Both the position numbers and the translations under genes were made by a program. From an uncultured Alphaproteobacteria bacterium (lineage in GTDB: Bacteria; Pseudomonadota; Alphaproteobacteria; Methylaequorales; Methylaequoraceae): a stretch of 64,000 nucleotides of DNA. The stretch lies in the NCBI GenBank assembly GCA_902522465.1, contig CABYVV010000002.1, positions 65,764 to 129,763 on the forward strand, in the 5' to 3' direction. Of this stretch, positions 17,001 through 24,442 are shown in pieces; the first letter of the stretch is position 1; each line of letters starts with the position of its first letter. The notes beneath the pieces are model-generated. The model was not told where the DNA came from. It saw nothing but the letters and a program-made list of their open reading frames with translations, and did no database searches.

Positions 17001-19094
17001 TTACCAAAAGATGGAACAAGTTTTAAAGTGAATCATGATGGTCTTACGTACACTTTAACTATGGAAAATGGAGAGGTTGTTGTATCCGGAGGTGAGAAAG
17101 GTTTAGTTACGGCTTATTTTGAAAATCCAGATCCAATTACTGTAAATACAACTAGCTTGAGTGGGACTCAAACAATTACTTCAACTGAGCATAATCTTGA
17201 AACCGGTGATGCAATTAAATATAATGCAGCTGAGAAAGTCACAGTTGATACAACGGATTTCAGTTCTACTAATACCATTTCCGTTATTAACAGTTTTAGT
17301 GATAATGATCCAGTTGTTTACAAAAAAGGAGGTAATTTACCAATTTCAGGTTTGGTTGATGGTACTACTTATTTTGTTAAAAATAGAACTGCAAATAGTT
17401 TTCAATTATCAGCAACTTCAGGTGGAAGTGTAATAACTATTACAGGTGGTACAGGAGGGAGTGTATCAGATACTTTCGCGAGTCCTCGAAATGGACTAGT
17501 AGACGGACAAACATATTATGTTGTAAAAGTTGATGAACATAATTTTAAACTAGCAAACAATTATACTCTTGCAACGAATAGCACTCCATCAGTTATAACC
17601 ATAGGTTCTAGTAGTGTAGGGGGAAATGCTTCTGATACATTCGATCCTCAAAAAAATCTATATATTTCTGGAGGGAAAACTATTTCAGGATCACAATTTT
17701 CTTTCCCAGTTGACTCTGTAAACGATGAAAATGCAAAATTATTTGGAATGCAAAGTACAAACGTTAAAACCACAATAACTGGTTTGTCTGTAACAACTCC
17801 CGCAGCAAGTAACTCAACACATTTTCATATAAAAATTAAAGATAATACCAATCCAATTGGGGTGTTTGTAAAATCAAATTCTAAAACAATAAATACAACT
17901 GGTGTTGGTGGCTCTTCAACAACTTTAACTTCTACTGGTCATGGTTTTAAAACTGGTGACAAAATAACCTATACTGCAGGAGGAACTCAACTTAACGGTT
18001 TGACGAATGGAACCTCATATTTTGCAAAAGTAGTTGATGCAAATACATTTAGCTTAGCATCATCATTTGCTAATGCAACATCAGATTCTCCAACTCTTAT
18101 ATCATTTGGAGGTGGGAATGGTCATGCCGGAGATACTTTTGCAACAGTTTTTGCAACAGCACTTCTTAATGATAATGCATCAACTCCTGCTTCTGCAGTA
18201 GGAATCACTGCTGAAATTAATCAAGTAAGTGATACTAATGCTCAAATTTCCATTATCAAAGAGGCAGATAAAAAAGAAATTGTTATCGATAGAATTACTT
18301 ACAGTGACGCAGCAACTGCAGAATCTTATGGATTTAAAACTAGTCAATTAAATTTAAATGTTTTAAATGATGAAATAAGGATTAAATCTTTTACATCAGA
18401 TTTATCAGGCTCACATGCTGTTGATTTAGAAGTTCCTTCAAATAGTATAAAATCTCTAATTGGAAATAATTTATCCATTTCGAATATTCCATCTGAAGAT
18501 TTAATTGTTCTTATGACAGGAAATGGTTCAAGAAAAATTGCCTCTGATTATGGAGATGTTCTTCCTAACTTAACCGATGAAGAATTTAAAATTTCAATCG
18601 ATTCAGCAAACAATAGAAAAGTTGAAGTGCTAGATAACAATACAGGTCATAGCATTGCAACAAGATTGATCCCAGATGATGGTATAATTAATGTCGTAGA
18701 AAAATCACTGAGAATTAATGGTGATGCAAAAGTAAATGACTCGTTTACGATATTAAATAATAATGATGGTATTGGTGATAATAGAAATATTTTGAAAATG
18801 ATTGATCTTCAAACCTCAGATGTCAATGGCTTAAATTCTGGAAGTTTTCAGGATATCTTTAATAAAACAGCAACTGAAATAGGAGCTACGGTTAGAAGTA
18901 GTCAAATGGAAGCAGAGGATGCTAGAGCAAGTAAAGACGAAGCTATTGCATTAGAAGATGAGAAATCGGGTGTTTCCCTTGATGATGAAGCATCATCTTT
19001 AATACAGTTCCAACAAGCTTTTTCAGCTAATGCAAGAATAATTCAAACAGCAAGAGAACTTTTTGATTCGTTGATGAGAGTAGTTTCTAGATAA
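14004..19094 (+). CDS. flgK: Giant flagellar hook-associated protein 1 (FlgK), 1696 aa
   Basis: The N-terminus 'SLFDIGKSGLQAYRQSLAVTGQNIANVNTDGYKKR' and the C-terminus 'GVSLDDEASSLIQFQQAFSANARIIQTARELFDSLMRV' are canonical FlgK termini. The ~1400-aa middle contains several flagellin 'IN'-type motifs and a repeated module. It is a single uninterrupted ORF. Confidence 0.9.
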   Translation: MPSLFDIGKSGLQAYRQSLAVTGQNIANVNTDGYKKRDVALEEVSGAGGGVTEISDQTGLGVRVEQIRRAFDEFLIDKARQASSNFKSAESFSDELRDLENLLLPTDNNLSSSIGNFFNSLQDIAAYPDDQAARIVAIEKGKDLAAQFNMYSDRIENLKSQILDKTKNAVTSVNLISTQISNINAKILASGVATGGSNALLDQRDLLLDQMAELTQITVRYGSKGQAEVRLGNTGSGPIIISDADNPTKGNETTTNINVLEQAGRLQPVVGIGQVATNQIKAGLINGMINSYAQAEDTMKDIDSLASLLSQKFNEVNQAGLDLDGKNGKQMFTVSSLEAVENPTNRSSVGVAVFVTNPLEIKNAEYKVIYHENEDLWKLTSDLDSNVTSGKQTIDGQGFKISFFGEPLDGDEFSIVPSSASKGMAFLLNRPQDFAAGSKTLISSSSSNTGSASLEEITPLKFEDKTNIKNIQSVFSNGLSPVTSSKFSTDGGAAIIQAGTSFVNLSSYKAQPEIQFGLSSSDLTSITSINVTMADSSSVNVDLTGIKSLEELADVLNRSRDVQGNAHNFRSMGLFASGGGSTLTIASNDKQFSSGAISAASTINANVVNPTVTAASKLQIFTREGRHIAGEVLSDSEIAEFMTEENGFNRFAEYRADYLNGTGTEKYRGIEVSRSTTDGNFVISYGANGAAASAQRHATTVPASHVSAAYTLTVNSTSTAKSKNITVPIESSAGFVAGLINKEAKTLGVEALASTKVKISAPSSNGTVSFNILSKPGVGNDADITASILSTDLTNLANSINNFSGRTGVIANLSSDKKHIVMENADGDDIQISSFSSPNTVEMEVLKNDFSSFSSPVTVILDNTNFKAARFSGELEISSASAISTSNDGGSTTVTGTQNALKDGFLNITSSSTGEVKTIKPVVLDGDFSNGHPDGLSASSSVLSYGLKIPADGNGAEFSATVDVSALEVLEPSQVAKKIAEGLRANSPSAELIGTAVESLPKDGTSFKVNHDGLTYTLTMENGEVVVSGGEKGLVTAYFENPDPITVNTTSLSGTQTITSTEHNLETGDAIKYNAAEKVTVDTTDFSSTNTISVINSFSDNDPVVYKKGGNLPISGLVDGTTYFVKNRTANSFQLSATSGGSVITITGGTGGSVSDTFASPRNGLVDGQTYYVVKVDEHNFKLANNYTLATNSTPSVITIGSSSVGGNASDTFDPQKNLYISGGKTISGSQFSFPVDSVNDENAKLFGMQSTNVKTTITGLSVTTPAASNSTHFHIKIKDNTNPIGVFVKSNSKTINTTGVGGSSTTLTSTGHGFKTGDKITYTAGGTQLNGLTNGTSYFAKVVDANTFSLASSFANATSDSPTLISFGGGNGHAGDTFATVFATALLNDNASTPASAVGITAEINQVSDTNAQISIIKEADKKEIVIDRITYSDAATAESYGFKTSQLNLNVLNDEIRIKSFTSDLSGSHAVDLEVPSNSIKSLIGNNLSISNIPSEDLIVLMTGNGSRKIASDYGDVLPNLTDEEFKISIDSANNRKVEVLDNNTGHSIATRLIPDDGIINVVEKSLRINGDAKVNDSFTILNNNDGIGDNRNILKMIDLQTSDVNGLNSGSFQDIFNKTATEIGATVRSSQMEAEDARASKDEAIALEDEKSGVSLDDEASSLIQFQQAFSANARIIQTARELFDSLMRVVSR
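17184..18140 (+). repeat. Three copies of a ~55-70-aa protein repeat module inside the FlgK variable region
   Basis: Copies: (17184-17477) 'TEHNLETGDAIKY...ISGLVDGTTYFVKNRTANSFQLSATSGGSVITITGGTGGSVSDTF'. (17478-17642) 'RNGLVDGQTYYVVKVDEHNFKLANNYTLATNSTPSVITIGSSSVGGNASDTF'. (17931-18140) 'TGHGFKTGDKITY...LNGLTNGTSYFAKVVDANTFSLASSFANATSDSPTLISFGGGNGHAGDTF'. Confidence 0.7.
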
Positions 19095-19102
19095 TTAATA
19101 TT

Positions 19103-19118
19103 AGGCATGAAAATTGCT
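19103..19118 (+). promoter_or_regulatory. Sigma54-like motif immediately upstream of flgL (uncertain function)
   Basis: AGGCATgaaaaTTGCT has the correct 10-nt GG-GC spacing. However, the -12 GC is only about 13 nt from the flgL ATG and no SD is visible. It is therefore either a leaderless-type transcript or a coincidence. Confidence 0.35.
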
Positions 19119-19129
19119 AATTTAAACTT

Positions 19130-20410
19130 ATGAAAATAAGTAATAAACTTTTTAATGATCAGCAGCTTGGACAATTTTCCAAAAATATGGAAAAGATACA
19201 AAAAATTCAAGACAAAATTTCATCAGGTAAAAATATAATTTTTGCTTCAGACGACCCTGTAGGAGCGGTTCAGTTGTCCGGTATGAAGGATAATCTGAGT
19301 AGAGTTGGTCGTTTTATTGAGAATTCAAATATTGCATTAGATAGGCTACATTTAATGGATGCAACTATGGAAGCTGTTAATACAGTTTTCATTAGAGCAA
19401 AAGAATTAGCTGTCCAAGCATCCAATGATATCTATGGTGTTATGGATAGAGAGGCAATTGCTATAGAGTTTGATGAGATGAAAAGCGAATTGATGACTTT
19501 GGCCAACACTCAAGATTCTACGGGTACATTTATTTATGCTGGATTTAAGACAAAGACAAGTCCATTCAAAATGAATGCAAATGGTGCGGTTGAATATAAT
19601 GGTGATAGAGGTGTTTTAAATTTACAAGTTACTGAATCTAGATTAATTGAAACATCTATTGATGGAAGTACTGTTTTTCAGGATATCGTTACATCTGAGG
19701 GTGTTTCCACAGATTTATTTGCTGCGTTAGATAATATAAGCAGATCAATCCGAACAGCAGCTGGAGGGGTCGAAGAGGCAAGAGCTAATGGAATTGCAAA
19801 AATTTCTTTAACAAATGCAGATCCTGGTACATATTCTTTTAAAATAACATCTGGTGAAAAATCTTCAGATTTTTCATTGAACATTACAGGAGATGATCTT
19901 ACTGATGTTGCTGCTGCGATCAATGGTGCAAATTTAGATATTACTGCAACATTAGAGGATTCAAATAAAACACTTAAATTAGTAAATTCATTGGGTAAAG
20001 ATATAACCTTAGGTGAATTACAAATTCCTGGTATAAATAAAGCACAAGTTTCTCCAACATCCTTTTTCTCATTTAAGGCAGTTGATGCCGCGGGAAATAA
20101 TTTATCAAATGAACAAACTATTTATGATAAAGATCAAACAATTGCTAGTCGACTTGATGAAATTGTAACAATACAAAGTCACGTTTCAAATCAAAGAGCT
20201 AAAGTCGGTGCGCGAATGAATAGCGCTGAGAGAATTAGAGATATATTAGATGAAAGACAAATTCTAATTAATAAAGATGTAAGTGAGCTTCAAGATGCTG
20301 ACCTTGCAACGCTGGTAACTAATCTTCAATCACAACTTACCAGTCAGGAGGCTTCGCAGAAAGCATTTATTAATATCTCAAAGTTAAATTTGTTTGACTT
20401 CTTAGGATAG
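19130..20410 (+). CDS. flgL: Flagellar hook-associated protein 3 (FlgL)
   Basis: 426 aa. 'IQDKISSGKNIIFASDDPVGA', a central 'DLTDVAAAINGANLDITATLEDSNKTLKL' IN-type motif and the C-terminus 'DADLATLVTNLQSQLTSQEASQKAF' fit FlgL. It follows flgK. Confidence 0.9.
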   Translation: MKISNKLFNDQQLGQFSKNMEKIQKIQDKISSGKNIIFASDDPVGAVQLSGMKDNLSRVGRFIENSNIALDRLHLMDATMEAVNTVFIRAKELAVQASNDIYGVMDREAIAIEFDEMKSELMTLANTQDSTGTFIYAGFKTKTSPFKMNANGAVEYNGDRGVLNLQVTESRLIETSIDGSTVFQDIVTSEGVSTDLFAALDNISRSIRTAAGGVEEARANGIAKISLTNADPGTYSFKITSGEKSSDFSLNITGDDLTDVAAAINGANLDITATLEDSNKTLKLVNSLGKDITLGELQIPGINKAQVSPTSFFSFKAVDAAGNNLSNEQTIYDKDQTIASRLDEIVTIQSHVSNQRAKVGARMNSAERIRDILDERQILINKDVSELQDADLATLVTNLQSQLTSQEASQKAFINISKLNLFDFLG

Positions 20411-20959
20411 TCATAAAAAATCATCAATACTGGGTTCTTTTTTTACTATTTCACCTAATTCATGAAGGTCTTCTTCTTTGGCAATATCCCATCCAGCAGG
20501 AGCTCTTTCGAAGTGACCTGATCTTAGAGAAAAAGAATAAGCTTTAAAATTTTTTACTGATTTATTACTATTGTATTGACGTTCTTTATCCCCTTTAAGA
20601 GAATTCTTAAATATACCTTTAATTTTTCTTTCACTTCTTCCGTCAAACTTAAACTTCCAAAAAACGTAATTTATGGCTAACTCATGAGCCTCAAACATTG
20701 GATTTTTTCTTTCAGAAATAAATCTGAGAATTTCTTCACTTGGTGCAGCAATCTCTATCTCTTCAACGCTTTTGTAGTGATGAGATATTGCATCGGAATA
20801 ATTCTTTGATACCATCTCTAGTGATAGTTGTTTAACAAGGAAATCCTTTACTGTAAGGCCAATACAGATATCGTATATAAATTCTGGACAGAATAATTTT
20901 TCACTCATATCAAAATTACTTATGTAAAGGTAATTATACAATAAAACCCAATAATTCAA
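20411..20959 (-). CDS. Hypothetical protein (orphan) wedged between flgL and the flagellin genes
   Basis: 182-aa ORF that abuts flgL convergently with 0 nt spacing. An alternative start is MSEKLF at 20908. I recognise no motif. Its length makes it very unlikely to be random in this AT-rich (stop-codon-rich) DNA. Confidence 0.5.
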   Translation of the reverse strand: MNYWVLLYNYLYISNFDMSEKLFCPEFIYDICIGLTVKDFLVKQLSLEMVSKNYSDAISHHYKSVEEIEIAAPSEEILRFISERKNPMFEAHELAINYVFWKFKFDGRSERKIKGIFKNSLKGDKERQYNSNKSVKNFKAYSFSLRSGHFERAPAGWDIAKEEDLHELGEIVKKEPSIDDFL

Positions 20960-20985
20960 TTAAAAACTAAATAATTACAAAAAAA

Positions 20986-21012
20986 CTTAACAAATCTGAG
21001 TATGGTCGTTTC
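20986..21012 (+). promoter_or_regulatory. Sigma28(FliA)-like promoter candidate upstream of flagellin 1
   Basis: CTTAA-N14-GTCGTTTC lies 53 nt upstream of the ATG. It shares the GTCGTT -10 core with the sites at 26114 and 27334. The -35 is the weakest of the three. Confidence 0.35.
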
Positions 21013-21064
21013 TATTGTAGCTAATGATTTTTAAAGGTTAATGGAAAATAAAGGAGAATAAATA

Positions 21065-21820
21065 ATGCCATCACTTTCAACATATACAAATGGAGCCGTA
21101 AGTGCAGTTAACGCCTCCACTCAGGCTAGAAGATCTCTAACAGCGTCTATAGCACGCATATCAACAGGTATAAGAACATTACATGGAAATGACCCTGCAG
21201 GTCAATCAGTTGCAAGTAACTTAACTACACAGTCAAGAAGTGCAAATATGGCTGCAAGAAATGCAGAGGACGGAATTTCAACGCTTCAAGCTGCAGAAGC
21301 CGTTTTGTTAGAAATGGCAACTTTAAATACAAGATTAAGAGAATTAGCAGTACAAAAGTTAAATTCAGACTTTTTGTCTGCTGCTCAGGAAAATGCAATA
21401 ACAGCAGAAGAAAGTGCAATAGTTGATGCTGCTGAAAAAATAAGTGAATCAACACTCAACGATAGAGAATTATTATCACCATTTTTGCTTGCCGTTAATA
21501 ATCGCGGAACACTCTCACTAATGGGACCAGTTAAAAAACCAGTTCTACAAAGTGGGGTAAGTAACGTCGACACACAAATGGCGAACATATCCATGGCTTT
21601 GGGGCAAGTTGCTGCGGGAATAAATGCGTTAAAAGGGCATCAAAGTAATATGCATTCATTAACTGCCAACGCACGAGCTGCTGCTTCAAGAATTCAGGAT
21701 ACTGATTTTGCTAAAGAGTCTTCCACTTTAGCACAAAGTAGTATTCTAAACCAATCTGCCTTAGCAATGGTAGCGCAAGCTAACAATGCTATGGGTAATT
21801 TATTAACTTTACTACAATAA
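21065..21820 (+). CDS. Short divergent flagellin (class A, paralog 1)
   Basis: 251 aa. The N-domain 'IARISTGIRTLHGNDPAGQSVASNL...ARNAEDGISTLQAAEAVLLEMATLNTRLRELAVQ' and the C-domain 'RIQDTDFAKESSTLAQSSILNQSALAMVAQANNAMGNLLTLLQ' are flagellin D0/D1 helices. The canonical 'SSGxRIN' is replaced by 'STGIR'. A strong SD 'aaaggag' is present. Confidence 0.85.
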   Translation: MPSLSTYTNGAVSAVNASTQARRSLTASIARISTGIRTLHGNDPAGQSVASNLTTQSRSANMAARNAEDGISTLQAAEAVLLEMATLNTRLRELAVQKLNSDFLSAAQENAITAEESAIVDAAEKISESTLNDRELLSPFLLAVNNRGTLSLMGPVKKPVLQSGVSNVDTQMANISMALGQVAAGINALKGHQSNMHSLTANARAAASRIQDTDFAKESSTLAQSSILNQSALAMVAQANNAMGNLLTLLQ

Positions 21821-21838
21821 TATTAAGGAGAAAATAAT

Positions 21839-22597
21839 ATGACATCTGTAAGTAACGCTGCCGTTGGTGCTTTTCTAGCTGGAAACGCTGCGGCAAAAGC
21901 AAGACACGGCATGAACGAAGCAATTGCTCGATTGTCGACAGGTATAAGATCTATGTATGGCGGTGACGCGGCTGGTGCGTCTGTGGCTCATACTCTGAGA
22001 GCTGATGGACGAAGTGCAGCGATGAGTGCTCGTAACGTTGAGGATGGTATTTCATTCTTACAAGCGGGTGAGTCTGCACTACTGGAAATAGCTGCGCTTA
22101 ATACAAGATTAAGAGAACTTGCAGTTCAAAAACTTAACGCTGCATTTTTAGATGCCAACCAAGAAGCTGCAATCACTGCTGAAGAAAATGCAATTCTTGC
22201 AGCTGGTAATTTAATCGATGCTGCAACACTAAATGATACCGCTCTTTTATCAGCTGCGATAAATTTTACCAGAGATATGGATGGTGCAGTCACAGCATTT
22301 GGTTCAAACGCTGATTTAACCCTAGCATCTGGTATAACTGCAGTAGATAGAGAAATGGGTAAGATATCTAAAGCCCTAGGTTCTCAAGCTGCTGGTATTG
22401 CTGCTCTTAAAGGTCACCAAGGTACATTGTATGGATTAGCTGCAAACGCAGAAGCTGCTGCTGCACGTGTTCAGGATACTGATTTTGCAAGATCATCTGC
22501 AGATCTAGCAAAATTTTCTATCTTGAACCAATCAGCAATGGCTATGGTAGCACAGGCTAACCAAGCTAACGCTGCTGTTTTGGCGGTGCTAAATTAG
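21839..22597 (+). CDS. Short divergent flagellin (class A, paralog 2), Ala-rich and visibly more GC-rich
   Basis: 252 aa and collinear with paralog 1. Shared blocks include 'ARLSTGIR', 'ALNTRLRELAVQKLN', 'AITAEE', 'ALKGHQ', 'QDTDFA' and 'ILNQSAMAMVAQAN'. It lies 18 nt downstream of paralog 1 and has its own SD 'aaggag'. Confidence 0.85.
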   Translation: MTSVSNAAVGAFLAGNAAAKARHGMNEAIARLSTGIRSMYGGDAAGASVAHTLRADGRSAAMSARNVEDGISFLQAGESALLEIAALNTRLRELAVQKLNAAFLDANQEAAITAEENAILAAGNLIDAATLNDTALLSAAINFTRDMDGAVTAFGSNADLTLASGITAVDREMGKISKALGSQAAGIAALKGHQGTLYGLAANAEAAAARVQDTDFARSSADLAKFSILNQSAMAMVAQANQANAAVLAVLN

Positions 22598-22626
22598 ATA
22601 GATAAAATAATACTATCATAAAAGTA

Positions 22627-22663
22627 AAAAAGGAGACTAAATTGCTTAGTCTCCTTTTTTTTT
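22627..22663 (+). terminator. Rho-independent terminator after the tandem short flagellins
   Basis: The stem GGAGACTAA (22632-22640), loop attgc and stem TTAGTCTCC (22646-22654) are followed by a 9-nt T-run. An A-run precedes the hairpin. Confidence 0.8.
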
Positions 22664-22801
22664 CCCTATTTTTTTTTTTTACTTAATAAAAAAAAATCTT
22701 ATCAGCTTAAATGTCAAAAATATAACACTAAATATCGTATTTTTTTCTTTAAAATTCACAATATGAAGTATGTTTTGGATTTTTTTTCCAAATACATAAT
22801 T

Positions 22802-22817
22802 TGGCATTCTAATTGCA
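22802..22817 (+). promoter_or_regulatory. Sigma54 (-24/-12) promoter of the long flagellin / fliD / fliS unit
   Basis: TGGCATtctaaTTGCA has 10-nt GG-GC spacing. It lies 36 nt upstream of the ATG at 22853, with SD 'aaggag' in between. Apart from the 5-nt spacer it is the same as the flgG promoter motif (TGGCAT-N5-TTGCAcA). Confidence 0.7.
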
Positions 22818-22852
22818 CACAACCTATGTGAAAAATTTAAGGAGAAATATAA

Positions 22853-24412
22853 ATGGTTAGCGTAAGCACAGTAAATACTCACGCATCATTGAAGCACATT
22901 ATTAAGACTGAAAGAGAGATGCTCCAAGCAATGGAGAGAATCTCTTCAGGAAAAAGAATAAATAATGCAGGTGATGATGCAGCCGGTGCAGCAATAAGTG
23001 ATAGAATGTTGGCAACGGTGAGAGCTTTAGATATGTCAATTAGAAATGCATCTGATGTATTGTCTATGGCTCAGGTTGCAGAAAGTGCAATCAATGAACA
23101 CTCACAAGCTTTACAAAGAATTAGAGAATTATCAATACAAGCAGCAACTGATATTTTGAATGCTGAACAAAGAATTTATCTACAAACTGAAGCTAACCAA
23201 TTAATTCAAGAAATGGATAGAGTTGCAAGAGATACCACTTTTAATGAAATCGCTGTGCTAGATGGTACTTTTGCTGATAGACGTTTTCAAATCGGATCTC
23301 ATGAAAGAGAAAAAGCAGTTATCTCCGTTGCTAATATGAGAGTTGATAAAATTGGTGCATACCAAAGTTCAACAAGTATGGATGAAGCGGGAACAGCTGG
23401 AAACCTAGCATCAGAGGGTGTAGTAGGTGCCAATGCTTCTGTTACCAGTAGAGTAGTTGATGGAGATGATCTAACAATTACTGGATTAGTAGGACAAACA
23501 ACTATTGACGTAAAAGCTGGGCACTCAGCAAAAGATATTGTTGAGTTAGTTAATGCTAAATTTGATAATACAGGAGTAAGTGCAACTGCAACTACTACTG
23601 TTAAAATGCAGGTAAATAGTTCTGATGCTGCAACAGATCATGTAGTATCTTTTAATTTATACGGTAAAAATACAACTGCTCAGGCAATCTCTGCAACAAT
23701 TAGTGTTGCGGCAACAGTCGGAGCTTCAGATATGACAAACCTTCGTGATGCCATTAACGCCTACACAGCCACTACAGGAGTGAGAGCAACATTAAGCGCT
23801 GATAAATCAAACATTATATTAGTACAAGATGAAGGCGAAGATTTAATAATTGAAACAATTGATTTTGCAACTGTTACAAATGCTAATACTAAATTTACAT
23901 TTACAGCAATGTCTCAAGATCAAACAGATTCTGCAGCGACACAAATTACTACGGCTGTAGATACAAATCATAATAGTGGTAACACTGATTCAGTGAGATT
24001 TACTGGACAAATTACATTTCACTCTTCGCAAACATTTACAATTGCTGGTAATTCCGGTGGTGGTCTTTATGAAGCTGCACCGGGAACAGCTTCTTTAAAC
24101 CAAGTTGCTTCAATTGACATTAGAACTGTAGCAGGTGCTGTTGATGCTTTAAAAGTAATTGATAGAGCACTTGATAGGGTTCATATGGAACGCGCAAAGT
24201 TTGGTGCAATCATGAGTAGGATGAATGTTGTTATTGACAATTTAACAAATGTGTCAACAAACCAAAAGACTTCAAGATCAAGAATTACAGATGCAAACTT
24301 TGCAGCTGAATCAGCTAGACTTGCTAAATCTCAAATTCTACAACAATCTGGAATGAATATGATTTCTCAAGCATCAAGAACTATGCAAAATGTTTTAATT
24401 TTATTTAATTAA
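22853..24412 (+). CDS. fliC: Canonical long flagellin (class B)
   Basis: 519 aa. It has 'MERISSGKRINNAGDDAAGAAISDRM' and 'LQRIRELSIQAA', a Thr/Ser/Ala-rich central domain with IN-type motifs ('MTNLRDAINAYTATTGVRATLSADKSNIILV'), and the C-terminus 'RITDANFAAESARLAKSQILQQSGMNMISQA'. Confidence 0.92.
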   Translation: MVSVSTVNTHASLKHIIKTEREMLQAMERISSGKRINNAGDDAAGAAISDRMLATVRALDMSIRNASDVLSMAQVAESAINEHSQALQRIRELSIQAATDILNAEQRIYLQTEANQLIQEMDRVARDTTFNEIAVLDGTFADRRFQIGSHEREKAVISVANMRVDKIGAYQSSTSMDEAGTAGNLASEGVVGANASVTSRVVDGDDLTITGLVGQTTIDVKAGHSAKDIVELVNAKFDNTGVSATATTTVKMQVNSSDAATDHVVSFNLYGKNTTAQAISATISVAATVGASDMTNLRDAINAYTATTGVRATLSADKSNIILVQDEGEDLIIETIDFATVTNANTKFTFTAMSQDQTDSAATQITTAVDTNHNSGNTDSVRFTGQITFHSSQTFTIAGNSGGGLYEAAPGTASLNQVASIDIRTVAGAVDALKVIDRALDRVHMERAKFGAIMSRMNVVIDNLTNVSTNQKTSRSRITDANFAAESARLAKSQILQQSGMNMISQASRTMQNVLILFN

Positions 24413-24442
24413 ACTAGTGCTTTTTTAGGACGTTAAAATAGC

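Noticed and set aside
21003-21019. TGGTCGTTTCTATTGTA upstream of flagellin 1, as a possible sigma54 promoter.
   Set aside because: The GG-to-G(C/T) spacing is 11 nt instead of 10, and the -12 element is GT, not GC. The same bases fit the GTCGTT sigma28-like motif better.
22669-22696. A T12 tract followed by an A9 tract between the flagellin terminator and the sigma54 promoter, as a possible slipped-strand phase-variation switch.
   Set aside because: The tracts lie more than 100 bp upstream of the promoter core and do not sit between the -24/-12 elements or in coding sequence. Homopolymer runs are common throughout this AT-rich window. There is no evidence of length variation from a single sequence.
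22679-22882. A 67-aa minus-strand ORF spanning the intergenic region upstream of the long flagellin.
   Set aside because: It covers the terminator-to-promoter spacer, the sigma54 promoter and the flagellin SD and start. Its composition is homopolymer-derived (Phe/Lys/Ile) and it has no SD. I consider it spurious.
24410-24436. TAAA-N15-GACGTTAA upstream of fliD, a possible fourth sigma28-like site.
   Set aside because: The -10-like element ends only 6 nt before the fliD ATG, and the AGGA within it is more simply the fliD ribosome-binding site. fliD is probably co-transcribed with the long flagellin.
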